This document shows, piece after piece, positions 24,601-32,556 of a stretch of 34,606 nucleotides of DNA. The DNA lies in NCBI GenBank assembly GCA_038044245.1, contig JBBTAK010000032.1:1-34606 (forward strand), in the 5' to 3' direction. This DNA is from Nanobdellota archaeon (lineage in GTDB: Archaea; Nanobdellota; Nanobdellia; Pacearchaeales; GW2011-AR1). A model generated the notes under the pieces. It made no database searches. It was not told where the DNA came from and worked only from the letters and a program-made list of their open reading frames with translations. Both the position numbers and the translations under genes were made by a program. The first letter of the stretch is position 1. Each line of letters starts with the position of its first letter.

Positions 24601-24743
24601 GTAGAAATGTATTTAATCAAGAATCCTCTTTTCTTCAAAAATAGTTTCCCATATTCTGTGCTGGAAAACTATTTAATCGGTAATCGCCGTTATCTCAAAA
24701 ACCTGTTTCTATACTGAATCAGAGAAACATATTTAAAGAATAT
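24601..24743 (+). repeat. about 60-bp tandem repeat (2.4 units), each unit carrying a GAAAnnTATTTAA promoter core
   Basis: Units begin at 24601, 24661 and 24721. Units A and B are about 60% identical, with exact blocks GAAA, TATTTAATC, AATC and TCAAAAA. Only the third unit precedes an ATG (24759). Confidence 0.7.
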
Positions 24744-24758
24744 TTGGTAAAATGTAAT

Positions 24759-25316
24759 ATGATAGAACACTTTTTGGGTTTGCAGTTCGGGGGATTCTAT
24801 GGTGGTGATTTTGGAAATCTTCTGGCATATTGGGAACAGCTTGGAGTCTTCAGTTATGTTCTTCCCTTTCTTCTGATTTTTGCGGTTGTTTTTGGAATTC
24901 TTTCAAAGATAAAAGTCTTTGGAGACAACAGAGGGCTGAATGGAGTAATTGCCCTTGTCATAGGCCTTCTTGCCCTGCAGTTCGACCTTGTCCCTGTTTT
25001 TTTCTCAGAAATTTTCCCAAGAGTGGGTGTTGCTCTCTCTATCTTGCTAACTCTTATAATACTCGTAGGACTTTTCTTTAGCTCAGAGAATAACAAAGTT
25101 GTTAATTACATTCTTTTGGGAGTATCAGTAATCGCCTTCTTGTCTGTTTTAATCAAGACATCAGGGTATCTCGGATGGTATTCTGCATATTGGTGGTATA
25201 CAAACTGGCCATCCATACTTCTAGGGATAGTGATAATAGTGATTTTCTTTACGGTAATAAGCTCTGCAGGGCCAAAAAAAGGATTTCCACCATTAGAGAG
25301 AAATTTTAGAGAATAG
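24759..25316 (+). CDS. polytopic membrane protein, PFLLxF-VFGIL-K-VFG family (paralog B)
   Basis: FSYVLPFLLIFAVVFGILSKIKVFGDNRGLNGVIALVIGL. The ATG at 24759 (MIEHFLG) is 29 nt downstream of TATTTAAA (24730-24737). Confidence 0.6.
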   Translation: MIEHFLGLQFGGFYGGDFGNLLAYWEQLGVFSYVLPFLLIFAVVFGILSKIKVFGDNRGLNGVIALVIGLLALQFDLVPVFFSEIFPRVGVALSILLTLIILVGLFFSSENNKVVNYILLGVSVIAFLSVLIKTSGYLGWYSAYWWYTNWPSILLGIVIIVIFFTVISSAGPKKGFPPLERNFRE

Positions 25317-25319
25317 AGA

Positions 25320-26165
25320 TTATTTTTTCCTGGAATGCTTTCTCGTTGTCGTTCTTTTTGATCTGTGGACAATGACGTGATGCTGCGGATGTGGAATATG
25401 GTGGTGTTTTTCCTCTGATTTTTTTGCCATATCCCCGACAATCTTCCCGAAGGAATCCTGCATCATATTCATTTCTTTTTTCATGGTCTCAAGCCCATGG
25501 CCATAGCCGCCGACTTTTTCAAGAATAGCTGCCTGGAGATTGTCTATTATTGATTCTATCTTTCTCAGCCTTTCTGAGATATGATCGAGCTTTGTCTGAG
25601 CAATTGCCCTGAATTCTTCGACATCATCGATCTTCTTCTGAAGAGGCTTATTTTTTTCCATAAATACCTGCTCAGATACCTCTATCATCGTGTCTGTGTC
25701 AATAGCCTGCGCTCCAGACATAGGAGAATATTGATAGGTTTCCTGAGGCATATTCTGATATTGCGCATATTGCCGGTATTGCTGGGGCTGATAGTAAGCC
25801 ATATTTTCCTGTTGGTCGTGCTGGTTGTACATTCCTCCATTTCCATTTGAAATCTCTTTTGTAACATTTCTCGGAATAGGAACAAATCCTCCTGGACTTG
25901 GAGGAGTCAGTTCAATGTCGCTGAGAGTTCCGCCTTCCAATCCTTCCAGAGGAAGTCTTTCTGGTTCTTCTTCAGAACTAAGGATAGAATGCTCCATTCC
26001 CTGCTCGATACCTGTAATACTCGATACTGCATTTTTTATCTGAGCTCTGCCTAGTGCATCGTTTATCTGAAGAGGAGAAAATCCCTGCTCCTGAAGAGCT
26101 CTTACGATATCCGAGTCAGAAGCCCCTCTTCTTCTTAGGTCCATCACCTGATCTAAAACACCCAT
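25320..26165 (-). CDS. protein with a small N-terminal helical domain, a Q/Y/P-rich low-complexity region, a coiled coil and a His/Arg/Lys-rich tail
   Basis: N-terminus VLDQVMDLRRRGASDSDIVRALQEQGFSPLQINDALGRAQ. Middle MYNQHDQQENMAYYQPQQYRQYAQYQNMPQETYQY. Coiled coil KKIDDVEEFRAIAQTKLDHISERLRKIESIIDNLQAAILEK (FlaC-like in character). Tail HHHIPHPQHHVIVHRSKRTTTRKHSRKK. Confidence 0.6.
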   Translation of the reverse strand: MGVLDQVMDLRRRGASDSDIVRALQEQGFSPLQINDALGRAQIKNAVSSITGIEQGMEHSILSSEEEPERLPLEGLEGGTLSDIELTPPSPGGFVPIPRNVTKEISNGNGGMYNQHDQQENMAYYQPQQYRQYAQYQNMPQETYQYSPMSGAQAIDTDTMIEVSEQVFMEKNKPLQKKIDDVEEFRAIAQTKLDHISERLRKIESIIDNLQAAILEKVGGYGHGLETMKKEMNMMQDSFGKIVGDMAKKSEEKHHHIPHPQHHVIVHRSKRTTTRKHSRKK

Positions 26166-26208
26166 TTTACTTTAAAATTTTTATAACCTGATTATTTAGC
26201 TAAATCTT

Positions 26209-26544
26209 TTATTTTTTTAAATCTTTTTTCCTTAAAATATCCAAAGGCCGGAACATCTTAGCCTGCCTTGAAAGTATTTCAAGATCCTCTTTTCTTGCAA
26301 ATTTTGAAAATTCAGAAGATGCTGTTTCAAGAAACGAAACAAGCCTTTCCATATTTTTCTTTATGACTTCCAGCTCTTGCTTTATCTCAAGAATGTCAGA
26401 GGTTGTTTTTTCCTTGGTTTCTATGAGATTCTGGCCTATGAGAAGAAGCCTGTCTCTCAACATCCTGTTTTTTTCTTCAAGGTCCCTGAATCTTGCAGCG
26501 ATATCCAATAAAAAGGGATCCATACCACCCTGAACTTCTTCCAT
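26209..26544 (-). CDS. small coiled-coil protein
   Basis: 111 aa, heptad-rich (RFRDLEEKNRMLRDRLLLIGQNLIETKEK...IKQELEVIKKNMERLVSFLE). First gene of the unit transcribed divergently from the pilus-type ATPase. Confidence 0.55.
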   Translation of the reverse strand: MEEVQGGMDPFLLDIAARFRDLEEKNRMLRDRLLLIGQNLIETKEKTTSDILEIKQELEVIKKNMERLVSFLETASSEFSKFARKEDLEILSRQAKMFRPLDILRKKDLKK

Positions 26545-26715
26545 GATAAAAATTAAAGGCTTTCAGAACCCCTCTTTTTTTATTCCCCCCATAAATAAAA
26601 AGAGCCCCTGCCGCTTTAAATTTGTTTGGATTTTCAGGGTTTAAACCAAAGAATTTTAAACTTCTCGTCTTTTTTACTTTAAAGAGAGACATAAGAACCA
26701 CAAATCCCAAGAAAA

Positions 26716-29001
26716 ATGCAGCCGCAACAGGAAAAAAAAGCCTATTCTTACGAAATAAAAAGGGAAGGAGGGGAAGATATACTTTACATAGATTACATGG
26801 GTGCCCCTTACATCCCAAGCATAGCTGAATCTGCAGACGTCATGGCAAGAACAATAGATGCGCTGATGGAGAACCCAAATGTCTCAAGAGTGATTTTTAT
26901 ACAGCAAAAAAATTATAACTATGACCTTGAAGAGACATCGATGCTTCTTGAGATTGCCCAGCTTTATACTTATCTTATGAGGCAGGAAAAAGTTCTTTAC
27001 AGGGAGAAAATAGGAAGCATAGAACAATTTTTTTCGCAGAGATATAATGAAATTTTTTCTTTCCTCCTCCTTCTAAAGAGAGATCCTCTGGCAGCTTATG
27101 CGGAAATAAAAAAAATAATCATAAATTCTAAAATCTTTACGGAAAAACTTGGCCCAGGATACAGCAGTGATCAGGCAGGCTATACCGGTTTTCTTGAAAG
27201 AATATCATCCCTGCTGGAAAATACGCTCATAATACAGAGGGCACTGCCTTATCTTTCTGATTACACCAAGGGAAACAGGGATGTCTATTCCAGAATTTTC
27301 AGGCCAGATGTTATCCCTAATTTTATATTTACAAGGCTTGTCTCTGACCTTCCCGAAGATGCAGAGATTGTGAATCAGTATGAAATATCAAACGGGGAGC
27401 ATGATGTTTCTCTCGTTACTATATTGAGAAAAAAAGAAGAGCCCAAACTTATATATCATCTCCTTCCACCGGAAAATAATTTAAGCGAAGATCATTCTGG
27501 ATTGCTGAACACCGCAAGAAAAGTCCTTATAGAGCATCAGCCAAAAGCAGAAGAGTTTACAGATACAGAAAGGACAAGGCAGGTTTTCTTTAACATCTCC
27601 AAAGATTTGCTGCAGGATTTGGCACAGAGCAAGGGAGTAAAGGTGACATATTCGGATTTGAACAGGCTTGCAACTATTCTCGTGCGGCACACCATAGGCT
27701 TTGGCCTTATAGAAGTATTATTGCAGGACAAAAAACTCCAGGACATTTCCCTTAATGCACCTATACCGATGATACCGATTTTTGTGAGGCATCAGGACTA
27801 TGACGAGTGCATTACTAACATAATCCCGAGCCAGGAAGATGCAGATTCATGGGCTGCAAAATTCAGGCTTATTTCTGGAAGGCCTTTGGACGAGGCAAAT
27901 CCAATCCTTGATACCCAGCTTGAAATAGGAACAATCAGAGCCAGAATAGCAATAATCCAGAGACCAATGAGTCCTGATGGTTTAGCATATGCAATAAGGA
28001 GGCATAGAGAAGAACCATGGACTTTACCATTATTCATCCAGAACAAGATGATAGATTCTTTTACGGCAGGACTTTTGAGTTTTTTGATAGATGGCAGCAG
28101 GACATTGCTCGTTGCAGGAACAAGAAGCTCTGGAAAAACAAGCCTTCTCGGAAGCCTGATGCTTGAAATAATCCCAAAATACAGAATAATTGTCATAGAA
28201 GATTCTCTGGAACTGCCTGTAGAATCGCTGAGAAACTTAAAGTATGACATTCTCAGAATGAAAGTGCGTTCTGCGCTGCTGAAAACAACAACCGAAGTTT
28301 CTGCCGACGATGGAATAAGGACAAGCCTGAGACTGGGGGACAGCTCTCTGATAATAGGGGAAGTAAGAAGCGTTGAAGCACAGGCTCTTTACGAAGCCAT
28401 GAGAGTTGGCGCTCTTGCGAATGTTGTTGCCGGAACAATCCATGGGGCAAGCCCTTATGCTGTTTTTGATAGGGTAGTGAATGACCTGGACGTTCCCATC
28501 ACAAGTTTCAAAGCCACAGACATAATTGCGGTTGCAAATCCAATAAAAACTCCTGATGGTCTGCATTCATGGAAAAGACTTGTAAGACTTTCAGAAGTGA
28601 GAAAGCACTGGAAAAAAGATCCCCTTGAAGAAAAAGGTTTTGTGGACCTTTTGCAGTACAATGTTGAAAAAGATACATTGGAACCGACAGAGGATTTAAT
28701 CAACGGAGACAGTGAAATAATCAAAGACATAGCCTCTACTGTGAAAGGATGGGCAGGAAACTGGGACGCTGTTTATGACAATATCCTTCTGAGACAAAGA
28801 ATAAAGCAGGAAGTAGTCAATGCAGCAGAAAAGACAAAGAATTTCAAGCTTTTGGAAGCGAAATTCAATATGAAGGCTAACCATGCCTTTCATAGGATAT
28901 CTGATGAAGTAAGGGAAGAGATAGGACTGCCTCTTGGAGAAAAGGTTTTTCCTGCCTGGCAGAAATGGCTTCAGCAGGAGATAAAAAAGAGGAAAATCTA
29001 A
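26716..29001 (+). CDS. type II/IV secretion-system ATPase (GspE/PilB/FlaI/VirB11 superfamily), pilus/archaellum-type assembly ATPase with a long N-terminal region
   Basis: Walker A AGTRSSGKTS (nt about 28117-28143), Asp box IVIEDSLEL, Walker B region SLIIGEVRSVEA and His box AGTIHGAS, in canonical order. About 470 aa precede the P-loop. Confidence 0.85.
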   Translation: MQPQQEKKAYSYEIKREGGEDILYIDYMGAPYIPSIAESADVMARTIDALMENPNVSRVIFIQQKNYNYDLEETSMLLEIAQLYTYLMRQEKVLYREKIGSIEQFFSQRYNEIFSFLLLLKRDPLAAYAEIKKIIINSKIFTEKLGPGYSSDQAGYTGFLERISSLLENTLIIQRALPYLSDYTKGNRDVYSRIFRPDVIPNFIFTRLVSDLPEDAEIVNQYEISNGEHDVSLVTILRKKEEPKLIYHLLPPENNLSEDHSGLLNTARKVLIEHQPKAEEFTDTERTRQVFFNISKDLLQDLAQSKGVKVTYSDLNRLATILVRHTIGFGLIEVLLQDKKLQDISLNAPIPMIPIFVRHQDYDECITNIIPSQEDADSWAAKFRLISGRPLDEANPILDTQLEIGTIRARIAIIQRPMSPDGLAYAIRRHREEPWTLPLFIQNKMIDSFTAGLLSFLIDGSRTLLVAGTRSSGKTSLLGSLMLEIIPKYRIIVIEDSLELPVESLRNLKYDILRMKVRSALLKTTTEVSADDGIRTSLRLGDSSLIIGEVRSVEAQALYEAMRVGALANVVAGTIHGASPYAVFDRVVNDLDVPITSFKATDIIAVANPIKTPDGLHSWKRLVRLSEVRKHWKKDPLEEKGFVDLLQYNVEKDTLEPTEDLINGDSEIIKDIASTVKGWAGNWDAVYDNILLRQRIKQEVVNAAEKTKNFKLLEAKFNMKANHAFHRISDEVREEIGLPLGEKVFPAWQKWLQQEIKKRKI

Positions 29002-30006
29002 ATGAAGATATGGATCAGGATTTTTTTTATTGCAGCAGTGCTGGGATTGGCTGCTTACATCGTTACAAGCATAGATCTGGGGGAAGCTTATGATTCTTTG
29101 AGCCAGGCAGATGGCCTTTATCTTTTTCTTGCATTTGCCTCATATTTCATAACTTTTTTTATATTTTCAATCAGGAATTTTTATTTTTTCCGCTGGCTTC
29201 TGAAGCCAGACTATATGTTTCTTATCGAAACTGTTTTTGCAGGCTTTTTTTTGAATACAGTCCTTCCCAGTGCCCAGATAGGCGGAGATCCACCAAAAGC
29301 CTATGCATTTGGGCTGAAGTACAATAAACCGGTTTCAAAAACTTTCGGAGTGATTTTTGCCGACAAGATAATCCACATCCTTTCTCTGTTACTTTTCATA
29401 TTTTTTTCAGTCATTTATCTCGTAACATTCATGCCTCTTCCCAGAGAATTCGAGGTTGTTCTTCAGGCTTTTCTCTTTTTCATTTTTATTGTTTCAATCA
29501 TAATCCCTATTTTTAGCATGAGAAAAACAAAAACAAGCCTTTATCTTGTGTTAAAAAAATCCAGGATGATTTCATGGTTAAATCCTTTTAAGAAGAATTC
29601 CAAACTTCAGGAAAGAATAGGAAAACATATAGGTGATTTTACAAGAGCATTTAAGAGAACTCTCAGGACAAAAAAGATACTCTTTCTGGGAATTGTTCTC
29701 TCTATAATTTACTGGATACTGAATTATTTTGTTTCCTATTTCCTGTTCTTGTCGCTTGGAATCAAGATAAATTTCTTATTAGTCATAGTTGTCTTTAGCC
29801 TTGTAAGTTTTGCAGGAGTGTTTTTTCCGACTCCAGGAGGAGTGGGTTTGATTGAAAGCCTTATGATATTTCTTTATTCACTGGCAGGAGTTGATCTTGA
29901 AACAGCAATAATTGTCTCCCTGCTGACAAGAGTTATTTTCTATTTCTATGCAATAGTCATAGGCGGCATTTCCCTTATTCACCTTGAAAATACGCTGAAA
30001 TCTTAA
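29002..30006 (+). CDS. UPF0104 / lysyl-phosphatidylglycerol-synthase-TM (flippase-like) family membrane protein
   Basis: About 8 TM spans. Contains LPSAQIGGDPPKAY and the family hallmark FFPTPGGVGLIESLM. Its ATG directly abuts the ATPase stop (TAAATG). Confidence 0.65.
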   Translation: MKIWIRIFFIAAVLGLAAYIVTSIDLGEAYDSLSQADGLYLFLAFASYFITFFIFSIRNFYFFRWLLKPDYMFLIETVFAGFFLNTVLPSAQIGGDPPKAYAFGLKYNKPVSKTFGVIFADKIIHILSLLLFIFFSVIYLVTFMPLPREFEVVLQAFLFFIFIVSIIIPIFSMRKTKTSLYLVLKKSRMISWLNPFKKNSKLQERIGKHIGDFTRAFKRTLRTKKILFLGIVLSIIYWILNYFVSYFLFLSLGIKINFLLVIVVFSLVSFAGVFFPTPGGVGLIESLMIFLYSLAGVDLETAIIVSLLTRVIFYFYAIVIGGISLIHLENTLKS

Positions 30007-30015
30007 CATTTATTA
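30006..30015 (+). promoter_or_regulatory. ACATTTATTA module, copy 1
   Basis: Exact 10-mer immediately after the stop of 29002..30006. It recurs at 32246 and 32498. Confidence 0.45.
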
Positions 30016-30091
30016 ATTAGATTTCATTCTTCACTTCATCGGTTAAAAGTGGCGACAAATATTGTGGTAAATATAAAAAGAGGTCGGCAAA

Positions 30092-32242
30092 ATGAGCGAT
30101 GATGTTGAGGAAATTCTGAAAAAATACGGCAGCAAGATAGAAGGTCAGTTGGGAATTCAGGAAAATAAACAGAGCGAGTCCTACTTAAAATTCAAGGACG
30201 AGATGTCGCCCCCAGTTTCAAAATACGAGCGCTGGGCAAAAAGTCTTGGAAATATAATAAAGCTGAAAGTCGCTGAAAAAGATGCCTTAAAGATAAAAAA
30301 ATCTTTAGACATAGCTCATCTTGACCTGGAGCCATGGCAGCCCTTGACTCTAAGCATCATGGCATTTCTTGGAACTCTCTTCCTCGGGCTTCTGATATCT
30401 TTGTCTGTTTTTTTCATAAGAGGATTCACGGGCTTTCCTGTTTTGTTTTTTTTCCTTGCAGTCATATTTTCTTTCTTTGTTTTTTATTTTGTTAGCGGAT
30501 ACCCCGCAAGGCTTGCGAATTCTTGGCGTTTGAAGGCCTCAAGCCAGATGGTTCCCTCGATACTTTACATCGTCGTTTACATGAGACATACGCCAAATCT
30601 TGAAAGAGCAGTAGCCTTTGCCTCAGAGCACTTGGAATATCCCCTTGCCCTTGATTTCAAAAAAGTTTTTTATGATGTTCAGGTAGGCAGATTTTCCAGC
30701 ATTAAAGACAGCCTTGATAATTATCTTGAAACATGGAGGGATTATTCTTCCGAGTTTATAGAATCATTCCACCTCATAGAAAGCAGTCTTTTTGAACCCG
30801 ACAACTCGCACAGGATTGCAACCCTGGAGAAAGCATTGAAAGTCGTCTTAGATGGAGTTTATGACAAAATGCTAAGATTCACGCATAATGTTAAAAGCCC
30901 GTTGACAAACGTTTACATGCTTGGCGTCGTATTACCAACTCTTGGGCTTGCGCTTCTTCCATTGGCAACGGCAATGTTGGGGGGATTGTTAAACTGGGTC
31001 CATATTTTCATACTCTTTAATCTTATAATTCCGTTTTTCGTTTTTTACCTGACTGACAAAGTTTTGTTTTTAAGGCCAGGAGGCCACGGAGAATCCTCTC
31101 TTCTCGAAAGAAATCCCCTTTATCCAAAATATAAGAGCAAGGCACCATACCTCAAGGCATTTATCCTTGTTCTGCCGCTTTTAGTAATAGGATTTTTACC
31201 ATTTATTTTTCAGTATACTTCTTTTCCCGAGATGCTTGGCTTGCAGAAAGATTATACATTTTCCCAGATAGGACTGGGATTTTTTGGAGATGATAAGATT
31301 TTTGGTTTTGTGGACATGGGCAATGGACAAAGCGCAGGACCTCTTGGAATTGGAGCATTGTTATTAAGCATGCTCATACCTTTGGGAATTGCCCTGTTTT
31401 TTTCACTTTCTTACAAAGAGAAAACAAAGGAGATGATAATTGAAAGGGAAAAAACCAATCAGCTTGAAACTGAGTTTAACAATTCTTTGTTCCAGCTTGG
31501 AAACAGGATAGGAAACGGAGTTCCCCCGGAAATAGCATTCGGAAAAATAGCAGAATCTTCCCGCGGTTTGCAAACAGAAGATTTCTTCATGAGGGTGAAT
31601 TACAACATACGGCAGATGGGAATGAGCGTGGAAAGGGCGATTTTTGACACAAAAAGGGGAGCAGTCGTCTATTATCCCTCTGATTTAATTTCCACGAGCA
31701 TGAAAATCCTTGTAGAAGCTTCGAAAAAAGGGCTGCAGATTGCAGCCTTAAGCCTCATGAGCATATCAGAGTATGTTAAAAATTTGCAGAAGATAACCTC
31801 CAGGCTCAAGGACCTTTTGGCAGAAGTCATCTCTGACATGAAATCCAACATGACTTTCCTTGCTCCTCTTCTTTCAGGAGTTGTCGTTGGCCTTGCGGCG
31901 ATGATAACTTCTATTCTTACAAGATTAAAATTAAGCGAATTGAGCGGCCAGGGAACAGAGGCTTTGGGAAATCTTGGAAACATAATAAATATCTTTGATG
32001 TGACTTCAATGATCCCACCTTACTTTTTGCAGATAATAATAGGATTGTACCTCATTGAGATAGTTTTCATACTCACACGGGCTTTGGTCACGATAGATTC
32101 CGGAGAAGACAAATTAGAAAGAACAAATAAAACAGGAAGAAACCTGACCAGCGCAATGATGCTTTATTTCATCACTGCATTTCTGGCAGTTGTAATGCTG
32201 TTTGTTCTGACATCCATAGTTGTCGGAGGATTGGTTCCTTAA
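30092..32242 (+). CDS. FlaJ/TadC/PilC-like (T2SS-F type) polytopic platform protein
   Basis: 716 aa. Two soluble helical modules are each followed by TM bundles (about aa 150-300 and 480-620, e.g. IAFGKIAESSRGLQTEDFF...RAIFDT...ISTSMKILVEASKKGLQ...). This is the architecture of secretion-system F proteins, and the gene lies next to the ATPase. An SD-like AGAGGT sits 7 nt upstream. Confidence 0.6.
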   Translation: MSDDVEEILKKYGSKIEGQLGIQENKQSESYLKFKDEMSPPVSKYERWAKSLGNIIKLKVAEKDALKIKKSLDIAHLDLEPWQPLTLSIMAFLGTLFLGLLISLSVFFIRGFTGFPVLFFFLAVIFSFFVFYFVSGYPARLANSWRLKASSQMVPSILYIVVYMRHTPNLERAVAFASEHLEYPLALDFKKVFYDVQVGRFSSIKDSLDNYLETWRDYSSEFIESFHLIESSLFEPDNSHRIATLEKALKVVLDGVYDKMLRFTHNVKSPLTNVYMLGVVLPTLGLALLPLATAMLGGLLNWVHIFILFNLIIPFFVFYLTDKVLFLRPGGHGESSLLERNPLYPKYKSKAPYLKAFILVLPLLVIGFLPFIFQYTSFPEMLGLQKDYTFSQIGLGFFGDDKIFGFVDMGNGQSAGPLGIGALLLSMLIPLGIALFFSLSYKEKTKEMIIEREKTNQLETEFNNSLFQLGNRIGNGVPPEIAFGKIAESSRGLQTEDFFMRVNYNIRQMGMSVERAIFDTKRGAVVYYPSDLISTSMKILVEASKKGLQIAALSLMSISEYVKNLQKITSRLKDLLAEVISDMKSNMTFLAPLLSGVVVGLAAMITSILTRLKLSELSGQGTEALGNLGNIINIFDVTSMIPPYFLQIIIGLYLIEIVFILTRALVTIDSGEDKLERTNKTGRNLTSAMMLYFITAFLAVVMLFVLTSIVVGGLVP

Positions 32243-32245
32243 TCC

Positions 32246-32255
32246 ACATTTATTA
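32246..32255 (+). promoter_or_regulatory. ACATTTATTA module, copy 2
   Basis: Exact 10-mer 4 nt after the stop of the FlaJ-like gene, upstream of small ORF 32294. Confidence 0.45.
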
Positions 32256-32293
32256 TTAGTTAACTTTATTAATTTGGATTTATACTGATTGAA

Positions 32294-32470
32294 ATGGGAA
32301 AAGGCATAGGTTTATTTTATCTTCTTATTGGTGCAGGAATTGTTTATATAAGATTTTTCAGTGATGCCTTTCCAACCAATGCGGGAGTCTTGTCCCAATA
32401 TTTCTTACCTATAATTGGAATAAGCTTCATCTTAATGGGATTATCTAGTCTTTTCAGAAAACAAAAATAA
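32294..32470 (+). CDS. 58-aa two-TM hairpin membrane protein (untracked small ORF; paralog of 21626..21802)
   Basis: My own translation: MGKGIGLFYLLIGAGIVYIRFFSDAFPTNAGVLSQYFLPIIGISFILMGLSSLFRKQK. Confidence 0.55.
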   Translation: MGKGIGLFYLLIGAGIVYIRFFSDAFPTNAGVLSQYFLPIIGISFILMGLSSLFRKQK

Positions 32471-32497
32471 TTCTCCCGTTGACTCTCCTCGCTAAAA

Positions 32498-32507
32498 ACA
32501 TTTATTA
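32498..32507 (+). promoter_or_regulatory. ACATTTATTA module, copy 3
   Basis: Exact 10-mer upstream of 32557. The following about 40 nt (..TGGATTT..TGAATATGAGAAAC..) loosely repeats the sequence after copy 2 (..TGGATTT..TGAAATGGGAAAAG..). Confidence 0.45.
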
Positions 32508-32556
32508 ACTATTATGGATTTTCTTTGAATATGAGAAACTATAGAGGTGAAGATGT

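Noticed and set aside
26477-26828. ORFs 26477..26818 (-) and 26622..26828 (+) spanning the divergent promoter region.
   Set aside because: They overlap the 5' ends of two well-supported genes and the TTTAAA-rich intergenic region. Their composition is basic and low-complexity, with no motifs.
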